Source: Octopus vulgaris
Lineage: Eukaryota
Direction of reading: 5' to 3'
Assembly (NCBI GenBank): GCA_951406725.2
Contig: OX597829.1
Location: 55,428,001 to 55,492,000 of the forward strand
Length of the DNA stretch: 64,000 nt
Part shown: in pieces, positions 13,713-27,974 of the stretch
How the letters are laid out: every line of letters begins with the position of its first letter
How positions within the stretch are numbered: the stretch's first letter is position 1
Notes under the pieces: generated by a model
The model's input: the letters and a program-made list of their open reading frames with translations, nothing else
The model's database searches: none
Told to the model about the DNA's origin: nothing
Program-made: the position numbers and the translations under genes

Positions 13713-15654
13713 TATGGTGTTGAATTCCCAAAACCTGCAACAGTTGTCATTTCGAGGTATTTTACATACAATCTAACTCTTTATTCTGGTACTATTTCCT
13801 TTTCCTATATTGCGACGCATACCCTTCAGAGTGAGTCTTAATACTCCTGTTGTTGGTCTAACACAGACGACTTCTGCTTCTGTCTCTTTGAAGTTTTCTG
13901 ACAACGTAGCCATACGTGACCTTCCGTTGATAAGCAGGAATCTTTCGTCAAATGTTCTTCTATGGTCGAGCAATGTGACTTCCCTGAGTGTGTACCCATG
14001 GTCTTCAATCAGCGAATAAAATCCGTGTAACTACTTTCCAACTCTCAAGATGCTATTTACTTCACTCATGAACGAACTCCAACGCTTTGTGGTTGATAAA
14101 TTCTGTCGAAGGGTTATGATATAGCATTAAGAAATTGTTTGAATCGATGTTGAACTTCGACCTCCTTGTTTTAGGCAGAGGCGGTCAATTTAAATATAGA
14201 TATAGAAATTTATGGTGTTGGGTTTTGTAAAAATGGTTAAGATATCACCTAATGTCCAATCGAATAACCCGAATGCTGGTATAAATACTGCAATAGCAAT
14301 CACATCTTGAGCTTTATGTTGGTTACACAGAGACGGTTGAGGACAGTATGTATATTTTATCTGAGTGTCTGGTTACACGTTCCATGTAACGTTATAAGTA
14401 CTATCATAGGACATACCTTTATCTCCATCCCTGGGTATCTGTTGTATTCCTTGCCAGATATTGCAGAAGTGATCAGGCTATTAATAAAGCTGTTACTAGA
14501 TAACCTTTTCTTCGTTTTACAATTAGGTAGGAACATTTTGAGAATGTCCTAACCATGTCAAAGCTCTGCACACCTTTTTAGATGGCCCATAAAGTAGCTA
14601 TATGCCGTGTTGGTGTTTCTGCCAGACTATAAGCTAATCACACACCATTCACGTTTCTTCAACAAAAAAATATAAGGAGCTCAAGACAATTATAAACAGC
14701 ATTCGAACCCATGTCATCATCAAATATACCATCGTGATGCTTTATTCTCTTTTGGTGAAGGCGCGTGGCTGAGTGGTTAGGATATCCAGCTCATGTAAAG
14801 TTCATGAATTCGATTCCCCGCAGCTGTGTGTGTCCTTGAGCAAGATTCTTTATTTCATGTTGCTCCACTTCACTCAGCTGGCAAAAATGAGTTGTACCAG
14901 TATTTCAAGAGAACCAGTCTTGTCCCAGTCTGTGTCACGCTGAATCTCCTTGAGAACTACGTAAAGAGAGAAAGAGAGAGAAAGTCAGACAAGTGCCTTT
15001 GGAATATGCGCGCGCGCACACATGCCCGCACTTACGCACGCGCTAATGAATTGCGCATACATAGACATTTCCTCTCTCTCTCTCTCTCTCTCACACACAC
15101 TCTAACTTTGTCTGCCTGTATGTGTGTGGATGCGTCAATAGCATCCGTGTGTGTGTGAGTCTGTGAATGTGTGCACGTACCAATAACGTTCATGTGAATT
15201 TCTCTCTCTCTCTCCAACACATGCACTTTTACCATCCCCTTTCTGCAGAATGACAGATTTTTTACACCACAGGTATCTGTCTTGAGCACTTTACTACAAT
15301 AGATATCTGCCCGGCGTTATTATTTTTTCGTGAAATATTTGAGCTCTGGGTGAAGTATTTTTCTTCTGTTTATATAGTCACCAGAGGAGCCGTTTCCCTT
15401 ATCTTATAGCAGTTACAAAAGTCATAGTTCTCAGGAAATGTACTTTTATAATTCCGATTTCTTCTATAATTTCAATGTTTTAACTCTTCGTTTCTTCGAA
15501 GTTGTTGATGTTGCATGTCCTAACCCATTTCGTCTGCTTGGTGAATTTAAATGTGAGACACTAAGATTAGAACAAAAGGTTTGTTCAATGAATGTGATTA
15601 TAAGAACCTGTTTTCTAACAAAGTTTATTGATAATTGTAGCTTGAATGTGGGAA

Positions 15655-15990
15655 GGTGCATGGCTCAGTGGTTAGAGCGTCGGGCTCACAATCATGTGGT
15701 AGTGAGTCCGATTCCCGGACCGTGTTGTGTGCTGTGTTCTTGAGCAAGACACTTTATTTCGCATTGCTCCAGTTTACTCATCTGTAGAAATGAGTTGCGA
15801 CGTCACTGGTGCCAAGCTGTATCGGCCCCTTTGCTTTTCCCTTGGATAATATCGGTGGCGTGGTGAGGAGAAGCTGGTATGGCATGGGCGACTTACTGGT
15901 CTTCCATAAACAACCTTGCCTGGACTTGTGCGTTGGAGGGCAACTTTCTAGGCGCAATCCTATGCTCATTCATGACCGAAAGGAGTCTTT
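15655..15990 (+). mobile_element. SINE family C (tRNA-derived, CORE-like). Second copy ~34637-34970; related elements 14760-14960(+), 25615-25815(-), 23150-23390(-)
   Basis: A box tggctcagtgg, gtgttcttgagcaagacactt core, 17-bp TSD tagcttgaatgt(g/t)ggaa at 15638-15654 and 15991-16007. Confidence 0.92.
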
Positions 15991-16399
15991 TAGCTTGAAT
16001 GTTGGAAACAGCATTCACCGTGAACCCTGGCTCATAGGATTATAATCCAATGAGAAATATATAATCGTATATTTCGGATTACATTGGATACATTTTTACA
16101 ACGTATGTCCTTCGGTCTCTTTGAAAACTGCCGCTATCATTGCTACATGTGTTATCCTGTGCGTTTGCTATATTAAAATAATGTTCTGTCGTTCGAGAGC
16201 AAAGACGGTAGTTGAGAGGCAGGAAGAGTCGCAATTCTCAAGTCGTTGATGCGGCTACGTCGTCTGTTGCTATCTGTTACTGAAAGAAATGCCAGCTGTG
16301 TCTAGGAAACAGTCGTACTTGAACACGGATTGATTGTTTGTCTGCCTGTTTGTTTATATATGTACGTGCATTCGTTTATACGTATCTATGTAGGCATGT

Positions 16400-16803
16400 A
16401 TGTATGTTTTCTTCAAAGTTTTTATTCATTTGGGGAATTCAGGCTAGCCACTAACCGAATGCCAGGGCTCTTTTACTTCCATTTTAGGCAGGTGTTGGGG
16501 CTTTGTAGTTATCTGAATCGGTTGACGTGCGTTCCAGGATACATGTGTTTGGGCTTCCCGCTTTTTATGCTTTTACTATATAAATGCCTGAGCTTTGCTC
16601 TTTTGTGTGTGTTCATGCATACCATATGTATCTGTGGATGTGAGGGTATATCTAGCGCAGGAAATTCACACTCTGGGCCCCTGGAGTTTTTCTTATTAAT
16701 GTTTAGAATGGGATACTCACATGGGAAATCTCTGGAACGTTTTGCAGATTTTATCTGTGCCGTTGATCTGATTATATTTCGAGGACGCGGATTAGTTTGA
16801 TTT

Positions 16804-16870
<67 letters not shown>

Positions 16871-16921
16871 GTCTGTCTGTCTGTCTGTCTGTCTGCCTGC
16901 CTGCCTGCCTGCCTGTCTGCC

Positions 16922-16962
<41 letters not shown>

Positions 16963-17330
16963 TTCTTTCTTTCTTTCTTTCTTTTGGAAGACGCCTGTTT
17001 TTCTAGGTTCTTCTGCAAATCAGTTGCAGTGTACCCCCGGTGCACCTATGATAATGGGTATCTGCGCATATAATCTCTACTACAGTGCATGTTTTTTGCT
17101 CTCAGTTCCAAAGTCTGGTCCTTTGTACTCACACCAGGTTGCTGTTCTTATTGGAATATTCCACCAATGTTCTTGGATTTAAAAGTGTGAATGCATTCCA
17201 GTTCTGGTGTACTTTTAGTATGGTTGTCGTGGCAGTCCTTCCTTCGTGTGACATTGTAAACTATCCTCCCGACAACGTCATGTCCCGTGGGGAGGTAATA
17301 TATTGTAGACGTTTTCTGGGTGGCTTTTGA
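16400..17330 (-). mobile_element. Possible decayed Penelope-like element split by a (TTTC)n/(TCTG)n microsatellite
   Basis: Weak: HRGY…LQKNLEK resembles the PLE RT thumb RGYP motif, followed by a Cys/His-containing remnant. Confidence 0.3.
16800..16985. repeat. Compound (TTTC)n-(TGTC)n-(TGCC)n microsatellite
   Basis: Directly visible. Confidence 0.97.
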
Positions 17331-17499
17331 TGATGTGTGTACTTCTTAAACACTCGAATTGTATAATTAACATTTTTCTATCGCCTTTTATGTATGTATG
17401 TATGTATGTATGTATGTATGTATGTATGTATGTATGTATGTTATGTACGTGTCTATGAATGTATGGATAGATATATACATGTGTGTATATATGTGTGTG

Positions 17500-17545
17500 T
17501 GTAATGGAACGTAATTTAATATATATATGTGTGTAATAAAATTTA

Positions 17546-17578
<33 letters not shown>

Positions 17579-17619
17579 ATATAATATAATTTAATATATG
17601 TAATATATTTTAATTCATG

Positions 17620-17657
<38 letters not shown>

Positions 17658-17800
17658 GTGCGTGTGTGTGTGTGTGTGTGTGTAATATAATTTAATATAT
17701 GTGTGTGTGTGTAATATAATTTAATATATGTGTGTGTATGTGTAATATAATTTAATATATGTGTGTATGTGTAATATAATTTAATATGCGTGTGTGTGTG
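17500..17800. repeat. Minisatellite: gtgtaatataatttaatata units separated by TA/TG tracts
   Basis: The unit recurs about 8 times. Confidence 0.85.
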
Positions 17801-18399
17801 TCAACATGCGTACTCATTTCTCAAAGTGACACTGCACTTTAACTCAGTGAAAGATTTATCGGATAAATTGTTAACATTTTGGAAAGATTTCGCAAAAGGA
17901 CATATGGCAGCATAAAAAACCATTATACTGTATCGAATCACATTCACCTTATCCGACTTGGTGTTAAGTAGATTAAATCTAATAATTTTCTTAAGATATT
18001 TCTTGGTAATGTATGTTTAAAAGTGTGAACTGCAGAGTGATTATATTTCAACATGGACCCAACTCCCCCTTGATCGGGGTAAGGTTCTCTTGAGAGCGAA
18101 ATTGATCAAGAATGAAACACTGTGACAGTCTACGTTCCACTGCTTCTTCGGGTGTGACTTTGGTGTGTGTGTGTGTGTGTTTATACATATGTTTACATAT
18201 ATTTATATGTGTGTATGCATATACACGTATATATTCAAACATATATACACACATAAATACTTTCATATATGCATGCACTCTTACATACATGCATACATAC
18301 ATACATACATACATACATACATACATACATACATACATACATACATACATACACACACACACATATGATTAAATGTTACCCAGACGAACGTTGTGAACG

Positions 18400-21300
18400 A
18401 GGAGGGGCGTAAATTAATAAGAAATTATATTTCTGCGAAGAAACATTTCGTAGATTTTTGTAGCAATGAAATTTAACATTGGCAAATACCTTCATAAAAC
18501 ATCAGAAACACATAAAACAACAAGTAGAAGAGTATATTTGTGGTCATATTCGAAATTTTAGATTCTAGACTTCATCAACAAGAAAGTGTAGCCACAATTT
18601 AAAAACAAAACAAACAAACTTAGATATAAATTCGTGCACAGTAAACACCAAATATTAAATAGAATACTAAATCACCTGTCCTCCAGAAGTCTCAGAGCAA
18701 TGTATTGTAGCATGAACGTAAATAACATAAATCTCTACAAAAGTTTCCTCATCACAAGAACTAGCTAAAAGCTAACGAAAGTCATGAGATAAATTCAACA
18801 GGCAAGATGTAGAGAATTACAAGATGACTACCGCGAGTGTTGCAATAATAATGATAATAATAAAAATAATGGCACATTACTGGAACTGCTCTACAGAAAA
18901 TGTCTGATATAAATCTTCAGGACCAGACCTTATAACAGGATATGGGTGCAAGACTCTCAATTTCTGTCGCCGAGGTTGAATATAAAAGAATCTTGCGAGA
19001 TACATTAGAATTTCCCAAATAGTTGTCAGCCTCTCTTAGTATTGTTCCCTTTCTCCAAGATAACCACATCATCGAAGCTAAAATTACCCCCACCCCCACC
19101 CAATATGTACATTAGCAGCTCTTGTGTGGTAATTTTTTTTTTATAAGATCTACACTGGATGTTTTAATCTGTTCTTACAGGAGTATTGTGCCAATAAGAA
19201 TATTATAATATCTGAGCAATGTGAAGCAAAGAATGAAGTATGGGTTATAATTTAAAAAATAATACAAGAAACGGTGAAGAACTGGAAGAAATTGGTCAGA
19301 TAACCAGAAGGCATTTAATACTGTACCACATGAGAGAATTGGCATAGCGTTGCAACTAGCCACAATGATACAGCCATAATTAGCAGTTATTCAATATCTA
19401 ACAAGATTTGATACACCACTTTACTTAATTATAGGAGTTATGAACGATCTAATTAAATCCCACGTCATATATTAGCAAAAAGGTATTGCACTAGGATGGT
19501 GTTCTTTGTCCTCTCCTTAAGTCCGTTATTACATCTTCTGAGAAACATGGTGTTTACGAAAATGGCTGCTTTAAATTCAGAAACATCTGACAACTTTTCT
19601 TTGTTGAGTAGATAAGCTGAAGTTGTATGGGCCAAAACTTTACGACATGAAAAAATCGAAAAGCAAACAAGCGGTCTCATTACCCAAAATTCCACTGAAA
19701 TAAATTTGGTGAGTTCAACGGAAACCTTGTACTTCAGTTTAAAAACAACAACAGAGCCTTAAATGACCTAACAATCAGACAGGTGGAAACCAACGGATAA
19801 GAACGCCAGATATGATGAACTCGTTAACGTAGAGATGGCGGCGAGCTGGCAGAATCGTTAGCACGCCGGGCGAAATGCTTAGCGGTCTTTCGTCTACCGC
19901 TACGTTCTGAGTTCAAATTCCGCCGAGGTCGACTTTGCCTTTCATCCTCTCGGGGTCGGTTAAATAAGTACCAGATACGCACTGGGGTCGATATAATCGA
20001 CTAATCCGTTTGTGTGTCCTTGTTTGTCCCTTCTGTGTGTAGCCCCTTGTGGGCAATAAAGAAATAAGTAACAAATGAATACCACTAAGAGTAAAAAATA
20101 TGGTTATCACAATTCTTAAGAAAACAGCAATCATATCGTTCCCAACATTTGGTAACCTGTATTTCGTCTTCTGAATTGGTCACTACGAAAATATAGTGAG
20201 GTAGAGTTAAAGATTCGTAATCTGCTTAGGGTTACTGAAAATTCCAACACGAATGGGAATATAGGCAGATGATATTTCCCACGCAAGGAAAATGACCGTG
20301 GTGTTAAATCTCTATCAATATTATATGAAACATGGATTGAATACTGAAGCAACATCTCCAGCAGCGAAGATATTTCAGCAACTGTCTTGTTAACGTTTAC
20401 CCACAAGAAAATAAAAACATCATTAGGATAGTTAATGAACTTGAGGAGAAACGCGAAAAAGGAGAAAAGGCAAAAACGCTGAGACCAATCTCCCCCGCCC
20501 CCCCCCAAGGAACGTTGGGAAATTCGGAAAGGAAAGCACAAAAAATAAAAACAAATGCAAAAAAAAAAAAAAAAAAATGTAAAGCAAAGGATATTTCACT
20601 CAGAAACTTATGTATTGGTAAATAAAGCGAAAAGCAGAGGCAACGAAGTGAATAAACTACACGAAGCACCGACGAGTTTTAGCATCTCACCTTGAAGATT
20701 GCTTTCATAAAACCCAGGAGCAAGAAGGAGCAAGAAATACTCGCCAAGTATGTTCTATACAGAAGACAAAAGTATATAATACATATATATATATATATAT
20801 ATTGTATAATACGTGATAACAAATGTAAGTTATGTTAAAGCAAAACCGAAGACATTAACAACATCATTGTCAACTGTAAAAGAATGTTATCTTGATACTG
20901 CCTTCTCGTGAGACGAGATATGCCTGTAAGAGAAACCTGGAACGGAATAAGCGAGAGAAAAAAAGAACAACAAAAATAAAACAGATAACAAGCAAGGCAG
21001 ATGAATATATTGAAACTAATGGACGAAAAGAATATAAGCGGAACTTAAGAATAAGAACAAAAATTTATATATCACTCCTCCCTACAGACTGTTGCTAGAA
21101 TCACGAAATCATGATCTCTTGTGGAAGTCAGTTGTCCGTTTGACATCAAAGTCAGAAGGAAAATACAAAAGAAAGAAAACATCAATGAACCAGTGATAAG
21201 GAGTTTACAACTCCTAACTCCATTTAACATTATACTCATTGTTACAATAGCGGGAGGAAATGTACTCATATGCTTGAATCCATTGTTGAAATTGGATAAG

Positions 21301-21420
21301 AATTTAACTCCACAATTCATTCAGGGAAATAAATATCTACAAGACTGTTTTTTTAAAATCCAAAACGTGAATAGTTGCCTAAAGAATAACGAAAAGAACA
21401 AACTATCGGTTTTTAAAAAC
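18400..21420 (+). mobile_element. Decayed RLE-type (Dong/R4-like) LINE; a related 3' fragment at ~22510-23120
   Basis: Remnants WSDNQKAFNTVPHE (~19292; RT DYxKAFDSVPH), YFPRKENDRG (~20272), KCKLC*SKTEDINNIIVNC (zinc knuckle, ~20821) and LVEVSCPFD (RLE, ~21118). Confidence 0.75.
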
Positions 21421-21496
21421 ATCTTCTTTACAACCTGGTCATTATCCAAGTGGTTGTTCTAAATAAACTTTAAAGTATTTCAAACAAGGAAAGAAA

Positions 21497-21540
<44 letters not shown>

Positions 21541-21699
21541 ACATACACATGACCAAAATGGAAGAGAATGAAAGTTACGAGTGACTCTTCGAGAAGCGCT
21601 CACTTTTTGATTCCTTCATTACAATTCCTGGCAAATGAACTAACACACCCTTTTATAACATCTTTTTGCATGGGTATGTTTCAGGCTATATTATAACTG

Positions 21700-21855
21700 A
21701 TGGCGTTAGGAAGGGCATCCAGCCGTAGAAACACTGCTAGATCAGACTGGGCCTGATGCAGCCTTCTGGCTTCACAGACCCCAGTTGAACCGTCCAACCC
21801 ATGCTAGCATGGAAAGCGGACGCTAAATGATGATAATGATGATGATGATGATGAT
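21700..21855 (+). mobile_element. 3' end of the RTE LINE, short truncated copy. Similar copies ~54590-54800, 60255-60525, 62850-62985
   Basis: ggcgttaggaagggcatccagcc…ccgtccaacccatgctagcatggaa…(ATG)n, the same sequence as the 3' end of the RTE at 58073-59795. Confidence 0.8.
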
Positions 21856-21859
21856 AGCC

Positions 21860-22498
21860 TGAAACTTTTGGGGAAGGGGCCAGTCGATTAGATCGACCCC
21901 AGTATGCAACTGCTACTTAATTTATCGATCACGAGGGGATGAAAGGCAAAGTCGACCTCGGCGGAATTTGAATTCAGAACATATAAAGACAGACGAAATA
22001 CCGCTTAGCATTTCGCCCGGCGTGCCAACGTTTCTGCCAGCTGGTCGCCTTAGTTATAGCTAATATTCTTCTCTACTCTAGGCACAGGGCCCAAAAATAT
22101 TTTTGGGAGAGGGAGCCAGTCGATTAGATCGACCCCAGTACCTAACTGGTACTTAATTTATCGACCCCGAAAAGATGAAAGGCAAAGTCGACCTCGGCGG
22201 AATTTAAACTCAGAACGTAAAGACACGAAATGCCGCTAAGCATTTGCCCGGCGTGCAAACATTTCTTATTTCTTTACTGCCCACAAAGGGCTAAACACAG
22301 AGGGGACAAACAAGGACAGTCAAACGGATTAAGTCGATTATATCGACCCCAATGCGTAACTGGTACTTATTTAATCGACCCCGAAAGGATGAAAGGCAAA
22401 GTCGACTTCGGCTGAATTTGAACTCAGAACGTAGCGGCAGACGAAATACCGCTAAGCATTTCGCCCGGCGTGCTAACGTTTCTGCCAGCTCACCGCCT
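21860..22498 (-). mobile_element. Cluster of three SINE family B units, head to tail
   Basis: Three occurrences of gatgaaaggcaaagtcgac(c/t)tcggc at ~21938, 22175 and 22389. Confidence 0.9.
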
Positions 22499-23663
22499 TA
22501 TTGACTGGAAGACTAGTATTTTTTGGTTGTGCTGTTACATTTCTAGAGCATGAAATAGCTACTAAATATCCGTTGAAGAGGAAAAAATTGCAAGATAACC
22601 TCAAAATGCGACCGAAATCTACGATTAAGTTGTATGTCTGTGGAAAATACGACATACGTAATATCTTTATCCAAAATATGTGTATATGCCTTCCGCTGTG
22701 ACATGATACTGTTACTAAAACAATATACAATCCTAAGGAAAAGGTGCCCTGGGACATAATACAGAAGATATTTCTGGTGTTAAGTATATACATAAGTTTC
22801 AACAGTAGCAATATTGGGACATTCTAATCAAAACTCCACTAAATACAAACACAACAGACCTGATACAGTTGCGTGTGAAAGAAAAGAAAGCTTTATGTAC
22901 TACCAGCTGTACAACAGATGTGAACGGACCTTTCAAAATTAAGGGGAAACAAAGAATTCAATGAAACTGTTTCTTTATCCTGTTGTAAATTCAAATAATT
23001 ATCGACGCGTTTACGCATTTCGTTTTTGCAGCAATCTAGAGAAGCTGGTATCACCCTCCTAACATGAAATAATCTAGAAAATCTCGTAGTTCAAAATGGC
23101 AAAAGAATTCAAGTCTGTGTTAGTAGCATCATTTCATTGGTGAAAATTAATAATGTCTTCCATCGGTATGTTGTTGTTTGTTCCTTCTTGAGCCAGTCCA
23201 TCCCAGGTGAGCTGCTAGATGCAGGAGGAAAGAGTGAGAGACAGTTGTGGCGAAAGAGTCTGCCGTTACCTTTTGCCGGAACTGCGTGGGGCGTTCATAA
23301 ATACACAAACATAACCCGGTCTGAGATTCGAACCCGCGATCCCTCGACTGCGAGTCCGCTGCTCTACCCACTAGGCCATCTGCCTCCCATCAGGATAGGA
23401 GCATAAATCTATAAGAGAAAGCGGACTGATATGGATCAAACTACCACACCGATGCTAATCACACACACACACACACACTCACGAATCTGATGAAGTTCCA
23501 TAGTTTTTCCGAGAACAAGACTTTGATCTACCCAAGGGTATGGAACAGAAGCCGCCAAAAACTCAGGAGCATCTGATTGCGAAATGAGCATCCTAATCAT
23601 GCAGTCATACCCGTACTCATGTATACATTACGCACATGCATACACAAAAGTGTGTGTGTATGT

Positions 23664-23712
<49 letters not shown>

Positions 23713-24987
23713 TTCATAAATGCAGACATATAAATAATAAATACAACGTCGTGTTTTTTAATTGGCACCTTGAAGTATTTACTTTCCCATCTGGTTACAC
23801 ACACCAGAACATCTTAATGTTTGCCGTTTTTATTATATTTTTTAAATTTTATTTTATTTAATATTTACTCTGTTTTCTTTCCATTTATCTTATGTTATAA
23901 CAGATTTTGTTTTTTAATTTCTTACTTGTAAGACATACCACATATGACGGCATACATGACTTGAGGGAATATATTAGCTACTCTGAAAATATAATTTTAG
24001 GTTCTGAGGATTGCCACCGGATTTTGCATGTTTAGCTACGGCCCTGAATCTTCTAACAGCTAAACAAACACGAAGAACTTTGGGATTTAAAATATATATA
24101 TATATATTCAAGCTACTAAACAAATATCAGCGTCACTACCAAAAATGTTCGGAGCTTTAATGCCAGCTGCGATGTTCTCAGAGACTTCCAGGCTGAAACT
24201 TAAAAAGCATAACTGAAAAAATTAACATCAAGTTACACACAACTAGTTCAAATCAATATGTTTACAAGTAGAAATACACGTACGCTTAATTTGATAATAA
24301 AGCCATGTACTTAATGACGGTCTATACGTAGAAGTATATTTATTAAGCGACAGTATGCCTGACAAATTACAAAAGTATCGTTAGAGACGAAATAATCTCA
24401 GTTCATCTTATTTGAAATGAGCTTGAACGGTGAACTGATCACCGCAACAAGAAAATTGCGAAGGTTCTACTAAATACAGAGCATAAGCGAATGAATTTAC
24501 ACAAAACCCTCATTATCGACACACACATACATATACAAATATATTATTCATTGAATCACATTAAACACTTGCATACAAAAACCTACACACTTGTATCAAT
24601 GTAAATTGTATACATGTATACGCGGATGTATGAATGCATGTATATACATATAGCGCCGTGACGACCTGCTCTGTTGCTGCTGAATTTGCTGTAAGGATCT
24701 TACAAATGTTAAAACTCAGCCTTGCTATATCGAACCAAGTGGATACCAATATACCAACGTACTTCTTTTGTAAATAAGAAAATAAAGAGTTATATATATT
24801 TTTTAAGGTTGCGTTTCTTGTTCCTGACTGGTAGTTTCTGGAAACTAAAGAAAGGAAATTGCGTTGCACCCAAGTTGCACCCCAAAAGTGTAAAGAAGCA
24901 ACCAGTTCCCTTTACGCATGTATATACATATACGCTCACCCAAACATATTACTTAGATATATGAATACTGTGTGTATGTGTGCGTGA

Positions 24988-25042
<55 letters not shown>

Positions 25043-26779
25043 TGTGTAAGTGTAATAAATGCAGAAGTATGTATCCGTCATTTTAATTTCTTCGAACTCT
25101 TATAAAGATTATAAAGACGTGGCTGGTTTCTAGCGAACAACGGAATGTTTAATCTTGAAATTTGCAAGATTTTCCCTGTTCTAATTACTGACTGAATGAT
25201 AACTGTGCTTTTTAATTCGGTGATTTTCTTTGCCTGAAAACCTCGACTTTTCTAGATTATTACTTAAAGACTTATTTACAAAACCAAGTGCGTCGATGCT
25301 TAAAAGCAAAAATGTGAATTTATAAAACGGATTGAAATGTTATATTTCGATTATCTGTTCGTATCCCTTGTCAACACACAGACACTTCAAAGAATCTCGA
25401 TTTCTTTACTTCTCTCCAAACTTCGCCTCAATTCATCGATTACTGTGACTCGTAGCTGTTTATAACTGCCTTAAAAAGTCTGCTTTAGTACACATCCATA
25501 TACTGCGTAATACTCTCACTTCTCCAAGTACTGTTGCTCCTTTTGTTCTATGTTAACTATCCTGATTGCAATTGTGCTTCACTCCTAATCCATCAAAGCT
25601 AGCTAATGTGCTAAAGACACGCATACCCATAACGTAGTTTTTAAGGAGATTCGGTGAGACACTGAATGTGACGAGGCTGACCCTCTTGAATTACGAGTAC
25701 AACTCGGTTTTTGCCAGCTGAGTGAACTGGAGCAACCTGAAATAAAGTGCTTTGCCGGGAATCGAACTCACGACCTTGCGATCGTGAGCCGAATATCCCT
25801 AACCACCTACCTGCGGGCTTTATTTATCTCCTATCCCTCAGAAGCTTCCTCTCACATCATATAATCACAGTGTGTTCTGAGCGAGCAGTCCGTCCATTTG
25901 TCACTTCTCGTCTCTCAAAGTTTCAGAATATCTTTCACACTCTTTTCTCTCCGTGTTTGATACCCGTTTGCTGTCACTTCTAATCGCGCTCAATCCAATG
26001 CCAATGAATTTCCTTATTAAGCTTTCTCACACATGCAGTCAAGACACGGCTTTAAATTTGCGCTACGTCCATAAAGAGAAATTCGGAAAACATTTTGTAA
26101 TAAGACATAACAAACTTTACTGACTGAGTTCCTAAAGACATGATCACTGCTTACATCATAAAAATATTCCTTTATCTCACCTTCACTAACCATGAATTGC
26201 ACGCGATTAAAACTCCCAAATATTGGCTTCAAAGTTTGGTACAAAGCCTGCAGATTTGGGGAAGGGATAAATCAACTACATCGAACCCAGTACTCAACTA
26301 ATACTTATTTTATCGACCCCGGAAGGATTAAAGGCCAAGTCGACCTCGACAGAATTTGAGCTCAGAACATACGAAATGTCACTGAGCATTTTGGATGGTG
26401 TGCTAACGATTCTGCCAACTCTCCGCCTTAAAAGCTCTCAAATATTAATACTTATAATCGCTGATGATCTTCCCCGCCAACCTCGTATACCTAACGAAGC
26501 TCTAAATCTGTGCCCTAAGAACTTCTCCCTCTTCAGGTCTAAAAAATATTTCACCTACCGAATATTTCACTTAGCGATCTTGTATAAAGTTCAAGAACTA
26601 CAATGGAATACTGCTTTCGAATTAGGGATGCTGCTGAAATCTTAAGGCGATATTAAGGCATCATACGGATGAAGGTAGTTCGATTAACTAGCAAAGACTC
26701 ACTAAAATACTACAACTTCTGGCCTATAGATGCGCTGTTTTTACTCTTCTTCTCTCTGTCTATTCTATTCTGTCATAAC

Positions 26780-27760
26780 GGCTTCTTATTCCTGCCTAGC
26801 TGCTTAACACGTCCACCCTTGCCCACCCATTAAACTCGTCTCCCCCATGCTGTGTCTCACCACCCAGACTCCGCACTAACTCAGTGCCTCTTCTGCAGAA
26901 CATCAATTCTAAAAAAACCCGTCTCCTTAAGATTTTCTTTTTCTTTAGACATGACTTACAGATGTTCAAGCTTAACGTAAACCACACGTATCTCACCAGT
27001 GACGGGGAGCCTGCAGCGAAGATGAACCCATTCCGCCCCCTTTCTTCTGACTAACCATTAAAATAAAAACAACGCCAAGTGATGTCGAATACAGTGCTGC
27101 TGTTAAGCTTGTGAACACCATTCACTGCAGCAACATCAACATCAACAACAACAACAATAACGAATGCAATGCACCACATAGTGCTTGTATCAACAATTTC
27201 TAACATATGTACAAGACAGTAGTAATAATGATTTCTTTTATTGGCCACAAGGGCCCAAGACATGGGGGGGACAATGTCGAAGGACGAGTTGCAGCACACA
27301 AACAACAAAACAAAACAAAAAGCTGAAAATACAAAAACAGGTGGCGTTTACTTTGAAAAAAAAAAGGGAGATGCTACCACATTAAAGGGCATAACGGGGA
27401 ATATATTATAGAAATTAGAGAAATAAATGGTAAACAAATAAATAATTAGAATACCCCACTTAGGGTAATTCGGGGAGGAAAGTGCCCTCTTCCAGTTTCT
27501 TTATTCCTGCTTAGGAAAGCCTTTTCAGAACCGATCCATTCAGTCTCACCAGTCTTACCATTGTCGACCACCTTTTGGTAAACATCCCAGAACGCAGCAC
27601 CTCATTCTCTACCCTCATCTTCCTCTTCAAGTGATATTTGATTTTTAAAAAAACCGATGAGGGCTTAGATAGTAATGTGCCTGTCTTAAAACCTTTCAGA
27701 CGGGTCCACCACACAACCTAAGCAGAGAAAGATCTACTTTCATTCTCTGCTGAGGGAAGG
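26780..27760 (-). mobile_element. Two 3' fragments of an L1/Tx1-like LINE
   Basis: VWWTRLKG…FLKIKYHLKRKMRVENEVL…FTKRW resembles the Tx1 ORF2 C-terminus. Similar ttattcctgc(c/t)tag ends at ~26787 and ~27501. Confidence 0.5.
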
Positions 27761-27974
27761 TGGTGCGTCGATTTTCACTATACATTCCGTAGACAATCTG
27801 GTCCTGGATACACAAACAGGAGGGTGGTCATAACTGGAACGTCTTCAACCATGTCTGTTCGATCTGGTCTGACATGGGATTAACTTCTCAGCCGCCCACT
27901 ACACCACCACCACCACCACCACCACCATAACAACAACAACATCAACAACGACAGTACGAACAAAAGAACAAAGC

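Larger units (their letters stand above)
10370..14650 (-). mobile_element. Fragmented, decayed RLE-type LINE remnant(s) with nested SINEs and a MITE
   Basis: Minus-strand KVSKYKDLEI (Dong-like C-terminal motif) at ~10390-10430 and weak RT-like remnants near 13.8-14.6 kb. Confidence 0.45.

Noticed and set aside
16275-16325. CTGAAAGA…GAAACAGTCGTA hammerhead-like string
   Set aside because: Extra core nucleotide and no stem I or II pairing.
17500-17800. Repeat-spacer pattern resembling CRISPR
   Set aside because: Spacers are TA/TG microsatellite, the context is eukaryotic and there are no cas genes.
23310-23390. Functional tRNA gene on the minus strand
   Set aside because: A/B boxes are present but continue into a SINE body, so it is a SINE head.
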